A DNA stretch of 64,000 nucleotides from Eledone cirrhosa (GCA_964016885.1 OZ024766.1:6076001-6140000); one strand, 5' to 3'. Shown: positions 32,417-48,328, numbered from the stretch's first letter. Numbers and translations are program-made. The notes: generated by a model from the letters alone, not told the origin.

Positions 32417-32762
32417 CCCGTGTCTCCATCCCTGTGTCGACTCACGCAAAAATCAATAACAGCCAAGTGCTGGGAATCAATAGAATCCGATTTCATTGTG
32501 TTAAAAGGGGGTCATTTTAGTACATAAACCTGCCCTGGTTCTTGTGTAGGTGCCTGAGCATTCCATGGTCACGTGTACCATGGTCACCCTTATCGTAACT
32601 CTCAGGGAGATTCAGTTCAGCATTAAATAGTGTGTGTGACAAAACTGGAACTTTTAAATTCCAGGTATTGCTATCGTCCATCCGACGGGCTTACACACAG
32701 TCACAATCTACCAAATTTCACGCACACACTCACGTATATATATATATACATACACACACACA

Positions 32763-32797
<35 letters not shown>

Positions 32798-32862
32798 ATA
32801 GTAATAATAAACTTTAATCTGTTATTTTAATAATTATATATATATATATATAGAGAGAGAGA

Positions 32863-32896
<34 letters not shown>

Positions 32897-32954
32897 CGCA
32901 CACATCCATATGTATATATGTATATATATGTATGTGTGTGTATATATATATATG

Positions 32955-33063
<109 letters not shown>

Positions 33064-33074
33064 ATATATAAATA

Positions 33075-33154
<80 letters not shown>

Positions 33155-33178
33155 TATATACATATATATATATATATG

Positions 33179-33223
<45 letters not shown>

Positions 33224-33256
33224 CATATATATATATATATGATATATATATATATG

Positions 33257-33287
<31 letters not shown>

Positions 33288-33289
33288 GA

Positions 33290-33361
<72 letters not shown>

Positions 33362-33385
33362 TATATACATATATATATATATATG

Positions 33386-33420
<35 letters not shown>

Positions 33421-33422
33421 TG

Positions 33423-33457
<35 letters not shown>

Positions 33458-33459
33458 TA

Positions 33460-33596
<137 letters not shown>

Positions 33597-34742
33597 CACA
33601 TAACACGTAGATGCTATCTGTTTAAAATGGCCGCCGAAATCGTTGGTTATTTGGGTGAGAGAAAGGTTTGCTTGTGATGTTGTTGTGATGGTGATGGTGT
33701 TGACGGATGTGGTGGTGGTGGTGGCGGTGTTGACGGATGTGGTGGTGGTGGTGTTGACGGATGTGGTGGTGGTGGCGGTGGTGATGGTGATGGTGTTATG
33801 GTGGTGGTGGTGGTAGTGTTGTTAGTGATGATGGTGATGATGGTGTTGGTGGGAGGCCAAACCAGATTATGTAAACAACGTTAGAATGACAATGGCTATT
33901 GTATATATTTTGTGTGTATATATATATATGTATATATGTATGTATATATGTATGTATGTATTTATGTATGTATGTATGTATATATGTATATATATGTGTA
34001 TGTATATATATATATGTGTATGTATATATGCATGTATATGTATATATTTTGTGTGTGTATATATATATATATGTGTATATATGTATGTATATATGTATAT
34101 ATGTATATATATATGTATGTATTTATATATATATGTGTATGTATATGTATATATTTTGTGTGTATATATATATATATGTGTATGTATATATGTATGTATA
34201 TGAATATATGTGTATGTATATATGCATGTATATGTATATATATATGTGTATGTGTATATATATATATATATCTGTATGTATATATGCATGTATATGTACA
34301 TATGTGTATGTATATATGCATGTATATGTATATATATATGTGTATGTGTATATATATATATATATATATGTGTATGTAAATATATGCATGTATATATATA
34401 TATATGTTTATGTATATATGCATGTATATATATATACGTGTATGTATATATATGCATGCATATGTGTATGTGTGTATATATATATATATGTGTATGTATA
34501 TATATGTATGTATATATATATATGTGTATGTATATATGCATGTATATATGTACGTATATGCATGTATATATTTATATGTGTATGTATATATGCATGTATG
34601 TATATGCATGTATATATATGTGTATGTCTATGCATGTATATATATGTGTATGTATATATATATGTGTATGTATATATGTACGTATATGCATGTATATATG
34701 TATATGTATATATATATGGATGTATATGTATGTATATATACG

Positions 34743-34804
<62 letters not shown>

Positions 34805-34825
34805 GCATGTATGCATATATATATG

Positions 34826-34878
<53 letters not shown>

Positions 34879-35012
34879 GTAAATATCTTTTGTGTTGGTA
34901 TCATAATTAAATGCACCCAGTACACTCTGTAAAGTGGTAGTGTTGGAGTCGTATGTGTATGTATCATCATCATCATCATCTTCGTTTAACGTCCGTTTTC
35001 CACGCTAGCATG

Positions 35013-35045
<33 letters not shown>

Positions 35046-35183
35046 GCACACACACGCATATATATATATATATATATATATACATGAGTGTATATATGTG
35101 TGTATATATATATATACGCACACACACGCACATATATATATATATATATATATACATGAGTGTATATATGTGTGTGTGTATAA

Positions 35184-35284
<101 letters not shown>

Positions 35285-35591
35285 TAAAATGGCGGAACAA
35301 TTTCCGGCTGTTTTCGGAAGAGATCGTCTGCTCGTAATGTTTGTTTATATGGAGAAGTGTTTTCGGAGAGGAAAGTGGAGTGGGTTGGGAAGAGAAGTGA
35401 AAGTAGACTGAGAAGGGGGTGGAGTGCAGAGAGAGAGAGTAGACTGGTAGGAGGGGGGGGAATAGAGGGGGTGCGGTAGAGGTGATAGTTAGTAGTGTAG
35501 GTTGTTGTTGTTGTTGTTGTGGCTGTTGTCGCTTTCATAATACCGCGAGCACGTGTGTGTGCATTCGCACATACACACATATACATATACA

Positions 35592-35629
<38 letters not shown>

Positions 35630-35891
35630 CACACACAAACACACACACACATACATACATACATATATATATATATAGATATGTGTGTGTGTGTCTGTTT
35701 GTGTATATGTGTGTGTGTGATTTTGAAAACCGAATTACGTAAGAAGAGTATAATTCATTTAAATTCACAACTATGTATATATATATATATATATGTGTAT
35801 ATATGTGTATATATATATATATATGTGTATATATATATATATATGTGTATATATATATATATGTGTATATATATGTTTGTATATATATATA

Positions 35892-35923
<32 letters not shown>

Positions 35924-35987
35924 CATATGTACATATATATATATATGTTTATATATATAGGTGTGTATGTGTATATACATAGAGATG

Positions 35988-36024
<37 letters not shown>

Positions 36025-36216
36025 ATATATATGTGTATATATATGTGTATATATATATGTGTATATATATGTATATATATATATGTATATATATATGTAT
36101 ATATATATGTGTATATATATACATATGTGTGTGTGTATGTATGTGTGTATATATGTATATATATATATATATGTATTTATATATATATGTATATATATAT
36201 ATATGTGTCTGTGTAT

Positions 36217-36266
<50 letters not shown>

Positions 36267-36296
36267 GTATATATATATATATATGTGTCTGTGTAT

Positions 36297-36362
<66 letters not shown>

Positions 36363-36748
36363 GTGCTTAAGCAATTTTTCAGAGAGTGAGATCGAATTTG
36401 GAAGTGATTTTAACCTCCCCCTACATTATTGACTGCTGTTCGATTTATCGATCTCAGCAAAGACTCTATTTAACACACTGTAATTATATAGACATGGTTT
36501 CAATCCTAGTATATACATCTCTTAAATTATATACACACATTAATACACACACACACACATATATATTTATGTGTGTGTATATATATATATACATATATAT
36601 ATATAAATATATATATACATACATATATGTATGTATATATATATGTATGTATTTGTATATATATATGTATGTATATATATGTATATATATGTATGTATAT
36701 ATATGTATACATACATATATATGTATACATATATATATATATGTGTAT

Positions 36749-36784
<36 letters not shown>

Positions 36785-36979
36785 GTGTGTATATTTTAAT
36801 ATTTCAAGTGCACTGTTCTTTATATACACATAAGAGAGTGTATATATATATATATTTGTGTATATGCACAGCAGCATATACACACACACCTATACATACA
36901 TATATATATATATCTATCTATATATATATATATATGTACAGATGCATATATATATACATATATATATATGTATATACAC

Positions 36980-37025
<46 letters not shown>

Positions 37026-37268
37026 GTATATATATATATATATAGATATATATGCACATATGTTAAGACATATACACACACACATACACACATATACACA
37101 TATATACACACATATATACACATATATATACACATATATATACACATATATACACACAGTTATACATACATGGTATGTGAGTACTATGGCATAACCCCCC
37201 CCCCCCTCTCTCACAGAATATTGGAATATATACTTTCCATATATGGTGAAATTGTGGTCTGTGAAATG

Positions 37269-37283
37269 CCAGTAGATGGCGCT
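37269..37283 (+). promoter_or_regulatory. CTCF-like motif
   Basis: CCAGTAGATGGCGCT matches the consensus CCASYAGRKGGCRS. Confidence 0.5.
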
Positions 37284-37377
37284 GTTGAACATCTAAAGTG
37301 TGGAGGGGGGGGGGGGGGAGTTGGTTAACAGCTCCCTCTCTCTCTCTTTCTCTCTCTCTCTTTGTCTTTTTCAGATT

Positions 37378-37432
<55 letters not shown>

Positions 37433-37692
37433 TCATATCTATATGTATGTATGTATGTGTGTATATATATATATAAATATATGTATGTGTGTGTATATAT
37501 ATATATATATAAATATAATATTATATATATATATATATATAAATCCGAAAAAGGGAGAATGTATATATATATATATATATGTATGTATATATATATATAT
37601 GCATGTAAAATATCTATATATAAGTGTGTTTGCATGTATAAACATGCATATATATATATACATGTATATATATATATATATACATACATATA

Positions 37693-37729
<37 letters not shown>

Positions 37730-37767
37730 CTATATCTATATATAGGTGAAAATATATACATATATAC

Positions 37768-37831
<64 letters not shown>

Positions 37832-37932
37832 ATAATAAAAATTTGAAGACTAAAATCCAAAGAGGGCTCGATAAGGATAAATATATATCAAATATATAAG
37901 AACCGTAGAGCATTTAATATATATATATATAA

Positions 37933-37973
<41 letters not shown>

Positions 37974-38069
37974 CACACATATGCATATATATATATATAT
38001 ATATATATGTGCATATGTTAGTGTGTATGTTTGTATATATGCATGCTTATGTCAAGATGCCTTTACACA

Positions 38070-38108
<39 letters not shown>

Positions 38109-38111
38109 CAT

Positions 38112-38156
<45 letters not shown>

Positions 38157-38272
38157 TGGGTGTATATAAAGGTGTGATAATATCACAGTAAAGGGTGTAT
38201 AATCACAGCTATGGTATCTAGACCTGTTAGAAATAGCAGCCAAATCACTCTCAAATCACACCCTACTCTCCA

Positions 38273-38314
<42 letters not shown>

Positions 38315-38394
38315 TATATATGCATGTATGTATATATGTATGTGTGTATGTATGTATTTATGCATATGTATATATCTAAGTCGGCTTGGGATAC

Positions 38395-39183
38395 CTCTAC
38401 ATGGTAGCTAGATCTGCTAGAAATAGCAGCTAAATCTCCCTCAAATCACACCCTACTGTCTTATATATACAGGGAGATCTCTATATGGTAGATAGATTTG
38501 GTAGAAATAGCAGCTAAATCTCGCTCAAATCACACCCTACTGTCTTATATATACAGGGAGATCTCTATATGGTAGATAGATTTGGTAGAAATAGCAGCTA
38601 AATCTCCCTCAAATCACACCCTACTGTCTTATATATACAGGGAGATCTCTATATGGTAGATAGATTTGGTAGAAATAGCAGCTAAATCTCCCTCAAATCA
38701 CACCCTACTGTCTTATATATACAGGGAGATCTCTATATGGTAGATAGATTTGGTAGAAATAGCAGCTAAATCTCCCTCAAATCACACCCTACTGTCTTAT
38801 ATATACAGGGAGATCTCTATATGGTAGATAGATTTGGTAGAAATAGCAGCTAAATCTCCCTCAAATCACACCCTACTGTCTTATATATACAGGGAGATCT
38901 CTATATGGTAGATAGACTTGGTAGAAATAGCAGCTAAATTTTCCTCAAATCACACCCTACTGTCTTATGTATACAGGGAGACCTCTACATGGTAGATAGA
39001 TCTGGTAGAAATAGCAGCCAAATCTTCCTCAAATTACACCTTACTGTCTTATGTATAGAGGGAGACCTCTATAGGGTAGCTAGATCTGGTAGAAATAGCA
39101 GCTAAATCTCCCTCAAATTACACCCTACTGTCTTATATAGGGAGACCTGGTAGAAATAGCAGCCAAATCTCCCTCAAATCACA
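38395..39183. repeat. 84-bp tandem repeat, about 9 copies
   Basis: Unit ...tagaaatagcagctaaatctccctcaaatcacaccctactgtcttatatatacagggagatctctatatgg with period 84 (38461, 38545, 38629). A monomeric relative lies at 38210-38268. Confidence 0.92.
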
Positions 39184-39377
39184 CTGTGCTCTCTCAAGAA
39201 GACATTGATCAGGTCTGATGGATCAGAGTTGACCTAGAAATCATTATTATTATTATTATTATTTTTTTTTTTCTCGTGCAATGGCCATACTTGATAAAAA
39301 AGGCCAGCCATCTTCATATATATATATATATATATATCATCGTACATTTATTATAATGCTCGGTGTATATATATATA

Positions 39378-42300
39378 TCATCATCATCATCAACATTATC
39401 TTCGTTTAACGCCTATCTTCCACGCTAGCATGGGTTAGACGGGAGTTGTCCCACTTGAGGCAAGGTTGGTCGGGTGACCGTGTCTCGCTCATATAGGACT
39501 GTCTGGCAGGTTTTCTACGGCTGGATGCCCTTCCTAACACCAACCACGTTTACAGTGTGGACTGGGAGGTTTTTACCCTGTTACCTACATGGCAACATTA
39601 CAGTGTGGACTGGGAGCTTTTTACCGTGTTACCTACATGGCAACATTACAGTGTGGACTGGGAGGTTTTTACCGTGTTACCTACATGGCAACATTACAGT
39701 GTGGACTGGGAGCTTTTTACCGTGTTACCTACACGGCCACATTACAGCGTGGACTGGGAGCTTTTTACCGTGTTACCTACACGGCCACATTACAGTGTGG
39801 ACTGGGAGCCTTTTTACCGTGTTACCTACACAACCACATTACAGTGTGGACTGGGAGGTTTTTACTGTGTTACCTACACGGCCACATTACAGTGTGGTCT
39901 GGGAGCCTTTTTACCGTGTTACCTACATGACCACATTACAGTGTGGACTGGGAGCTTTTTACCGTGTTACCTACACGGCCACATTACAGTGTGGACTGGG
40001 AGGTTTTTACAGTGTTACCTACACGGCCACATTACAGTGTGGACTGGGAGGTTTTTACCGTGTTACCTACACGGCCACATTACAGTGTGGACTGGGAGGT
40101 TTTTACCGTGTTACCTACACGGCCACATTACAGTGTGGACTGTGAGGTTTTTACCGTGTTACCTACACGGCCACATTACAGTGTGGACTGGGAGGTTTTT
40201 ACAGTGTTACCTACACGGCCACATTACAGTGTGGACTGGGAGGTTTTTACTGTGTTACCTACACGGCCACATTACAGTGTGGACTGGGAGCCTTTTTACC
40301 GTGTTACCTACACAACCACTTTACAGTGTGGACTGGGAGCCTTTTTACCATGTTACCTACACGGCCACATTACAGTGTGGACTGGGAGCCTTTTTACCAT
40401 GTTACCTACACAACCACTTTACAGTGTGGACTGGGAGCCTTTTTACCGTGTTACCTACACGGCCACATTACAGTGTGGACTGGGAGCCTTTTTATTGTGT
40501 TACCTACACGGCCACATTACAGTGTGGACTGGGAGCCTTTTTACCGTGTTACCTACACGGCCACATTACAGTGTGGACTGGGAGCCTTTTTATTGTGTTA
40601 CCTACACGGCCACATTACAGTGTGGACTGGGAGCCTTTTTACCGTGTTACCTACACGGCCACTTTACAGTGTGGACTGGGAGCCTTTTTATTGTGTTACC
40701 TACACGACCACATTACAGTGTGGACTGGGAGCCTTTTTACCGTGTTACCTACACGGCCACATTACAGTGTGGACTGGGAGCCTTTTTACCATGTTACCTA
40801 CACAACCACTTTACAGTGTGGACTGGGAGCCTTTTTACCGTGTTACCTACACGGCCACATTACAGTGTGGACTGGGAGCCTTTTTACCGTGTTACCTACA
40901 CGGCCACATTACAGTGTGGACTGGGAGCCTTTTTAGCATGTTACCTACACAACCACATTACAGTGTGGACTGGGAGCCTTTTTACCGTGTTACCTACACG
41001 GCCACATTACAGTGTGGACTGGGAGCCTTTTTACCGTGTTACCTACACGGCCACATTACAGTGTGGACTGGGAGCCTTTTTACCGTGTTACCTACACAGC
41101 AACATTACAGTGTGGACTGGGAGCCTTTTTAGCATGTTACCTACACAACCACATTACAGTGTGGACTGGGAGCCTTTTTACCGTGTTACCTACACTACCA
41201 CATTACAGTGTGGACTGGGAGCCTTTTTACCGTGTTACCTACACAACCACATTACAGTGTGGACTGGGAGCCTTTTTACCGTGTTACCTACACAACCACA
41301 TTACAGTGTGGACTGGGAGCTTTTTACCGTGTTACCTACACGGCCACATTACAGTGTGGACTGGGAGGTTTTTACCGTGTTACCTACACGGCCACATTAC
41401 AGTGTGGACTGGGAACTTTTTACCGTGTTACCTACACGGCCACATTACAGTGTGGACTGGGAACTTTTTACCGTGTTACCTACACGGCCACATTACAGTG
41501 TGGACTGGGAGCCTTTTTACCGTGTTACCTACACAACCACATTACAGTGTGGACTGGGGGCCTTTTTACCGTGTTACCTACACAACCACATTACAGTGTG
41601 GACTGGGAGGTTTTTACCGTGTTACCTACACTACCACATTACAGTGTGGACTGGGAGCCTTTTTACCGTGTTACCTACACAACCACATTACAGTGTGGAC
41701 TGGGAGGTTTTTACCGTGTTACCTACACTACCACATTACAGTGTGGACTGGGAGCCTTTTTACCGTGTTACCTACACATCACATTACAGTGTGGACTGGG
41801 AGCCTTTTTACCGTGTTACCTACACATCACATTACAGTGTGGACTGGGAGCCTTTTTACCCTGTTACCTACACAACCACATTACAGTGTGGACTGGGAGG
41901 TTTTTACCGTGTTACCTAAACAACCACATTACAGTGTGGACTGGGAGGTTTTTTACCGTGTTACCTACACAGCCACATTACAGTGTGGACTGGGAGCCTT
42001 TTTACCGTGTTACCTACACGGCCACATTACAGTGTGGACTGGGAGCCTTTTTAACGTGTTACCTACACAGCCACATTACAGTGTGGACTGGGAGCTTTTT
42101 ACCATGTTACCTACACAGCCACATTACAGTGTGGACTGGGAGCTTTTTACCGTGTTACCTACACAACCACATTACAGTGTGGACTGGGGGCCTTTTTACC
42201 GTGTTACCCACACGGCCACATTACAGTGTGGACTGGGAGCCTTTTTACCGTGTTACCTACACAACCACATTACAGTGTGGACTGGGAGCTTTTTACCGTG

Positions 42301-43092
42301 TTACCTACACAACCACATTACAGTGTGGACTGGGAGCTTTTTACCATGTTACCTACACAGCCACATTACAGTGTGGACTGGGAGGTTTTTACCGTGTTAC
42401 CTACACAGCCACATTACAGTGTGGACTGGGAGGTTTTTACCGTGTTACATACACTACCACATTACAGTGTGGACTGGGAACCTTTTTACCGTGTTACCTA
42501 CACGGCCACATTACAGTGTGGACTGGGAGCCTTTTTACCGTGTTACCTACACGGCCACATTACAGTGTGGACTGGGAGGTTTTTACTGTGTTACCTACAC
42601 GGCCACATTACAGTGTGGACTGGGAGCCTTTTTACCGTGTTACCTACACGGCCACATTACAGTGTGGACTGGGAGCCTTTTTACCGTGTTACCTACACAA
42701 CCACATTACAGTGTGGACTGGGAGCCTTTTTACCGTGTTACCTACACGACCACATTACAGTGTGGACTGGGGGCCTTTTTACCGTGTTACCTACACAACC
42801 ACATTACAGTGTAAACTGGGAGCCTTTTTACCGTGTTACCTACACAGCCACATTACAGTGTGGACTGGGAACTTTTTACCGTGTTACCTACACGGCCACA
42901 TTACAGTGTGGACTGGGAGGTTTTTACCGTGTTACCTACACGACTACATTACAGTGTGGACTGGGAGGTTTTTACCGTGTTACCTACACAACCACATTAC
43001 AGTGTAAACTGGGAGCCTTTTTACCGTGTTACCTACACGGCCACATTACAGTGTGGACTGTGTGTGTTTTTGTCATGACACCTACACGATCT
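39378..43092 (-). mobile_element. RTE-tailed SINE-like element swollen by an internal array
   Basis: The flanks 39378-39550 and 43060-43092 are colinear with the unexpanded inverted copy at 49497-49752. It has a (GAT)n tail and the ggatgcccttcctaac motif. Confidence 0.8.
39551..43060. repeat. 48/49-bp minisatellite, about 72 copies
   Basis: Unit tacagtgtggactgggag(gt/cct/ct)ttttaccgtgttacctacacggccacat with no spacers between copies. Confidence 0.97.
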
Positions 43093-43285
43093 TGATCTCA
43101 TTATCTCGTGCTGTTGCTGCGAGTGGGAGGAGACGGTAGGGGTAGTGGACTGGGGTGTATATTTGGTTAATATATATAGACATATATATATATATATAGA
43201 CATATATATATATAGACATAGATATATATATAGACATATATATATATATACATATATTTATATATATATATATATATATATAGAC

Positions 43286-43369
<84 letters not shown>

Positions 43370-43494
43370 ATATATATAAATATATATCATCATCATCATC
43401 GTTTAACGTCCATCTTCTACGCTTGCATGGGTTTGGACGGGAGTTTTCCCACTTGAGGCAAGATTGGTTGTATATATATAGACATATATATATA

Positions 43495-43548
<54 letters not shown>

Positions 43549-43580
43549 TATATATATAGACATATATATATATGTGTCTA

Positions 43581-43670
<90 letters not shown>

Positions 43671-43682
43671 TATATATATATA

Positions 43683-43738
<56 letters not shown>

Positions 43739-43766
43739 TCTATATATATATATAGACATATATATA

Positions 43767-43797
<31 letters not shown>

Positions 43798-43839
43798 CCA
43801 TGATGTCACTACATACCCACACACACACATATGCATACA

Positions 43840-44516
43840 TTAAACTAACACACACACACACATACACACATAACAGCACAGCACCACACAAACAGACAAA
43901 CAGACACACAGACACACACATACACACACAGGACAACACCACACACAACACCCCCATAGAGACAGACACACATAGACACACACACACACACACACATAAA
44001 GACAGACACACACATAGAGACAGACACACACTGAGACACACACACACACATACACACATAGACACACACACATACAGACACATACAGACACACACACACA
44101 GACACACATACACATAGAGAGAGAGACACACACACACACACACAGACGCACACACACACACACACAGACACACACACACAGACACACACAGACGCACACA
44201 TAGAGACAGACACACACTGAGACACAAACACATACACACATACACACACACACACACACACATAGAGACAGACACGCACATAGAGACAGACACACACTGA
44301 GACACACACACACACATAGACACACACACATACAGACACACACACACACACAGACACACATACACATAGAGAGACACACACACAGACGCACACACACACA
44401 CAGAGACACACACACACACAGACACACAGACGCACACATAGAGACAGACACACACACTGAGACACAAACACATACACACATACACACACACACACATAGA
44501 GACAGACACGCACTGA

Positions 44517-44561
<45 letters not shown>

Positions 44562-44564
44562 ACA

Positions 44565-44603
<39 letters not shown>

Positions 44604-44644
44604 GCACACATACGCACACGTACACACAGACACACACACACACA
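43840..44644. repeat. (CA)n compound microsatellite
   Basis: Direct reading of the sequence. Confidence 0.9.
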
Positions 44645-44673
44645 TATGACCTGCCGAAATCCTGGCGATGTAA

Positions 44674-44741
44674 TGACGTCACAAATGACGTCACTGAGTC
44701 AACGACAAAATCTCAAATACACAGCAAGCCACTAGATGGCG
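44674..44741 (+). promoter_or_regulatory. Cluster of two CRE sites, one AP-1 site and a CTCF-like motif
   Basis: TGACGTCA at 44674-81 and 44686-93, TGAGTCA at 44695-701, and CCACTAGATGGCG at 44729-41, all within a ~100-bp unique island. Confidence 0.55.
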
Positions 44742-44744
44742 TTG

Positions 44745-47052
44745 GTGTTGACAGTGTTGTTGTTGTTGATAGTGTTGTTTGTGTTGTTGTTGTTGTTGTG
44801 TTAGTGGTGGTGGTGGTGGTGGTGGTGGTATAGGGTGTATTGGTGTTGGTGGTATAGTGGTGGTGTTGATGGTGTTGTTGTTGTTGTTGTTGGTGGTGGT
44901 GGTGTTGATGGTGTTGTTGTTGTTGTTGTTGGTGGTGGTGGTGTTGATGGTGATGTTGATGGTGATGGTGGTGTTGATAGTGTTGTTTGTGTTGTTGTTG
45001 TTGTGTTAGTGGTGGTGGTGGTGGTGGTATAGTGGTGGTGTGGTGGTGGTGGTGTTGTTGTTGTTGTTGGAGGTGATGGTGGTGGTGGTGGTGGTATAGG
45101 GTGTATTGGTGTTGGTGGTGTGGTGGTGGTGGTGGTGTTGATGTTGTTGTTGGAGGTGATGGTGGTGGTGGTGGTGGTGGTGTTGTGTTTGATGGTGATG
45201 GTGGTATAGTGGTGATGGTGGTGGTGGTGTTGTTGATGGTGATGTTGATGGTGGTGGTGGTGTTGTGTTTGATGGTGATGGTGGTATAGTGGTGGTGGTG
45301 GTGGTGGTGTTGTTGATGATGAAGTTGATGGTGGTGGTGGTGGTGGTGTGTTTGATGGTGATGGTGGTGGTGGTATAGTGGTGGTGATGGTGGTGGTGGT
45401 GATGTTGATGGTGATGTTGATGGTGGTGGTGGTGGTGTTGTGTTTGATGGTGATGGTGGTGGTGGTATAGTGGTGGTGGTGGTGGTGGTGGTGATGTTGA
45501 TGGTGATGTTGATGGTGGTGGTGGTGGTGGTGTGTTTGATGGTGATGGTGGTGGTGGTATAGTGATGGTGGTGGTGGTGATGTTGATGGTGATGTTGATG
45601 GTGGTGGTGGTGGTGGTGTGTTTGATGGTGATGGTGGTGGTGGTATAGTGGTGGTGATGGTGGTGGTGGTGATGTTGATGGTGATGTTGATGGTGGTGGT
45701 GGTGGTGTGTTTGATGGTGATGGTGGTGGTGGTATAGTGGTGGTGATGGTGGTGGTGGTGATGTTGATGGTGATGTTGATGGTGGTGGTGTGTTTGATGG
45801 TGATGGTGGTGGTGGTATAGTGGTGGTGGTGGTGGTGGTGGTGATGTTGATGGTGATGTTGATGGTGGTGGTGGTGGTGGTGGTGTGTTTGATGGTGATG
45901 GTGGTGGTGGTATAGTGATGGTGGTGGTGGTATAGTGGTGGTGGTGGTTGTGGTGTTATTGTTGGTAGGTGGGTGGTGTTGGTGGTGAGGTTTATTGTGG
46001 AGGTGGTAGTTTCCATGGTGGCGTTGTGCTGGTGATTTTTGTGATGTACTTGTTGGTATGATGGTGGTGATGGTGATGGGAGTGGTGTTGGTATCTGGTG
46101 ATGGGGTGGTGTTGTGTTGGTATCTGGTGATGGGGGTGGTGTTGTGTTGGTATCTGGTGATGGGGATGGTGTTGTGTTGGTATCTGGTGATGGGGTGGTG
46201 TTGTGTTGGTGGTGATGTTGGTGGTGATGTTGGTGGTGATGGTGGTGGTGGTGGTGGTGGTGGTGGTGGTGATGGGGGTGGTGTTGTGTTGGTAGCTGGT
46301 GATGGGGGTGGTGTTGGTGGTTGTGGTGTTGTGTTGGTGATGATGATGGTGGTGGTGGAGGTGGTGGTGGTGTTGGTATCTGGTGATGGTGGTGGTGTTG
46401 GTGGTTGTGGTGTTGTGTTGGTGATGCTGATGGTGGTGGTGGAGGTGGTGGTGGTGTTGGTATCTGGTGATGGTGGTGGTGTTGGTGGTTGTGGTGTTGT
46501 GTTGGTGATGATGATGGTGGTGGTGGAGGTGGTGGTGGTGTTGGTATCTGGTGATGGTGGTGGTGTTGGTGGTTGTGGTGTTGTGTTGGTGATGATGATG
46601 GTGGTGGTGGAGGTGGTGGTGGTGTTGGTATCTGGTGATGGTGGTGGTGTTGGTGGTTGTGGTGTTGTGTTGGTGATGCTGATGGTGGTGGTGGAGGTGG
46701 TGGTGGTGTTGGTATCTGGTGATGGTGGTGGTGTTGGTGGTTGTGGTGTTGTGTTGGTGATGATGATGGTGGTGGTGGAGGTGGTGGTGGTGTTGGTATC
46801 TGGTGATGGTGGTGGTGTTGGTGGTTGTGGTGTTGTGTTGGTGATGCTGATGGTGGTGGTGGAGGTGGTGGTGGTGTTGGTATCTGGTGATGGTGGTGGT
46901 GTTGGTGGTTGTGGTGTTGTGTTGGTGATGCTGATGGTGGTGGTGGTGTTGGTATCTGGTGATGGTGGTGGTGTTGGTGGTTGTGGTGTTGTGTTGGTGA
47001 TGATGATGGTGGTGGTGTTGGTATCTGGTGGGGGGGTGTTGTGTTGGTGGTG
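44745..47052. repeat. (GGT/GAT/GTT)n compound satellite with higher-order units
   Basis: Periodic ggtatctggtgatgg modules at ~46090-47030. Confidence 0.9.
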
Positions 47053-47577
47053 ACATCATTTTTAGTTGTTGTGTTGTATATAGTGTATATAATATATAGT
47101 ATATATAGTGTATATAATATATAGTGTATATAGTGTATATAATATATAGTATATATATAGTGTATATATATAGTGTATATAATATATAGTATATATAGTG
47201 TATATATTATATAGTATATATATAGTGTATATAATATATAGTGTTTATAGTGTATATAGTATATATAGTGTATATAATATATAGTGTATATAATATATAG
47301 TGTATATATAGTGTATATAATATATAGTGTATATAGTGTATATAGTGTATATAGTGTATATAATATATAGTATATAATAGTGTATATAATATATAGTGTT
47401 TATAGTGTATATAGTATATATAGTGTATATAATATATAGTGTATATAATATATAGTGTATATAATATATAGTGTATATAGTGTATATAGTGTATATAGTG
47501 TATATAATATATAGTATATATAGTATATAATATATATAGTATATCTAGTATATATATAGTGTATAATATATAATATA

Positions 47578-47619
<42 letters not shown>

Positions 47620-47682
47620 ATGTGTATATATAGAAATTTGAAAATAAAGTCGCCACAGTACAGCTAACTACAATAATAGTCA

Positions 47683-47778
47683 TCATTTTATGTCCGCTTT
47701 TCCCTGCTTGCAAGGGTGGGACGGGTCCTATTCAGCACAGCATCTCTCCACTTGTCATGGTCCTTCGTCATCTCCACC
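47683..47778 (-). mobile_element. RTE-like LINE extreme 3' end
   Basis: Reverse complement of 51517-51610. Confidence 0.8.
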
Positions 47779-47780
47779 TG

Positions 47781-48328
47781 TATATATACTATTGTATTTT
47801 CACAGTAAAGGCTTTACCTCACATAATACCTCACATAACATTACATTACTCTATATATACTATTGTATTTTCACAGTAAAGGCTTTACCTCACATAATAC
47901 CTCACATAACATTTACATTACTCTATATATACTATTGTATTGTCACAGTAAAGGCTTTACCTCACATAATATCTCACATATCATTTACATTACTCTATAT
48001 ATACTATTGTATTTTCACAGTAAAGGCTTTACCTCACATAATATCTCACATAACATTTACATTACTCTATATATACTATTGTATTTTCACAGTAAAGGTT
48101 TTACCTCACATAATATCTCACATAACATTTACATTACTCTATATATACTATTGTATTGTCACAGTAAAGGCTTTACCTCACATAATATCTCATAACATTT
48201 ACATTACTCTATATATGCTATTGTATTTTCACAGTAAAGGCTTTACCTCACATAATACCTCACATAACATTTACATTACCCTATATAAACTATTGTATTT
48301 TCATAGTAAAGGCTTTACCTCACATAAT
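47781..48328. repeat. 72-bp tandem repeat, about 8 copies
   Basis: Unit tatatatactattgtattttcacagtaaaggctttacctcacataatatctcacataacatttacattactc. Confidence 0.92.

Noticed and set aside
39551-43060. CRISPR-like array, or 460-660-aa repetitive proteins in several frames
   Set aside because: The units are contiguous with no unique spacers, there are no cas genes and the context is eukaryotic. The ORFs arise because the unit lacks stops on the + strand and 48/49-bp variants shift frame.
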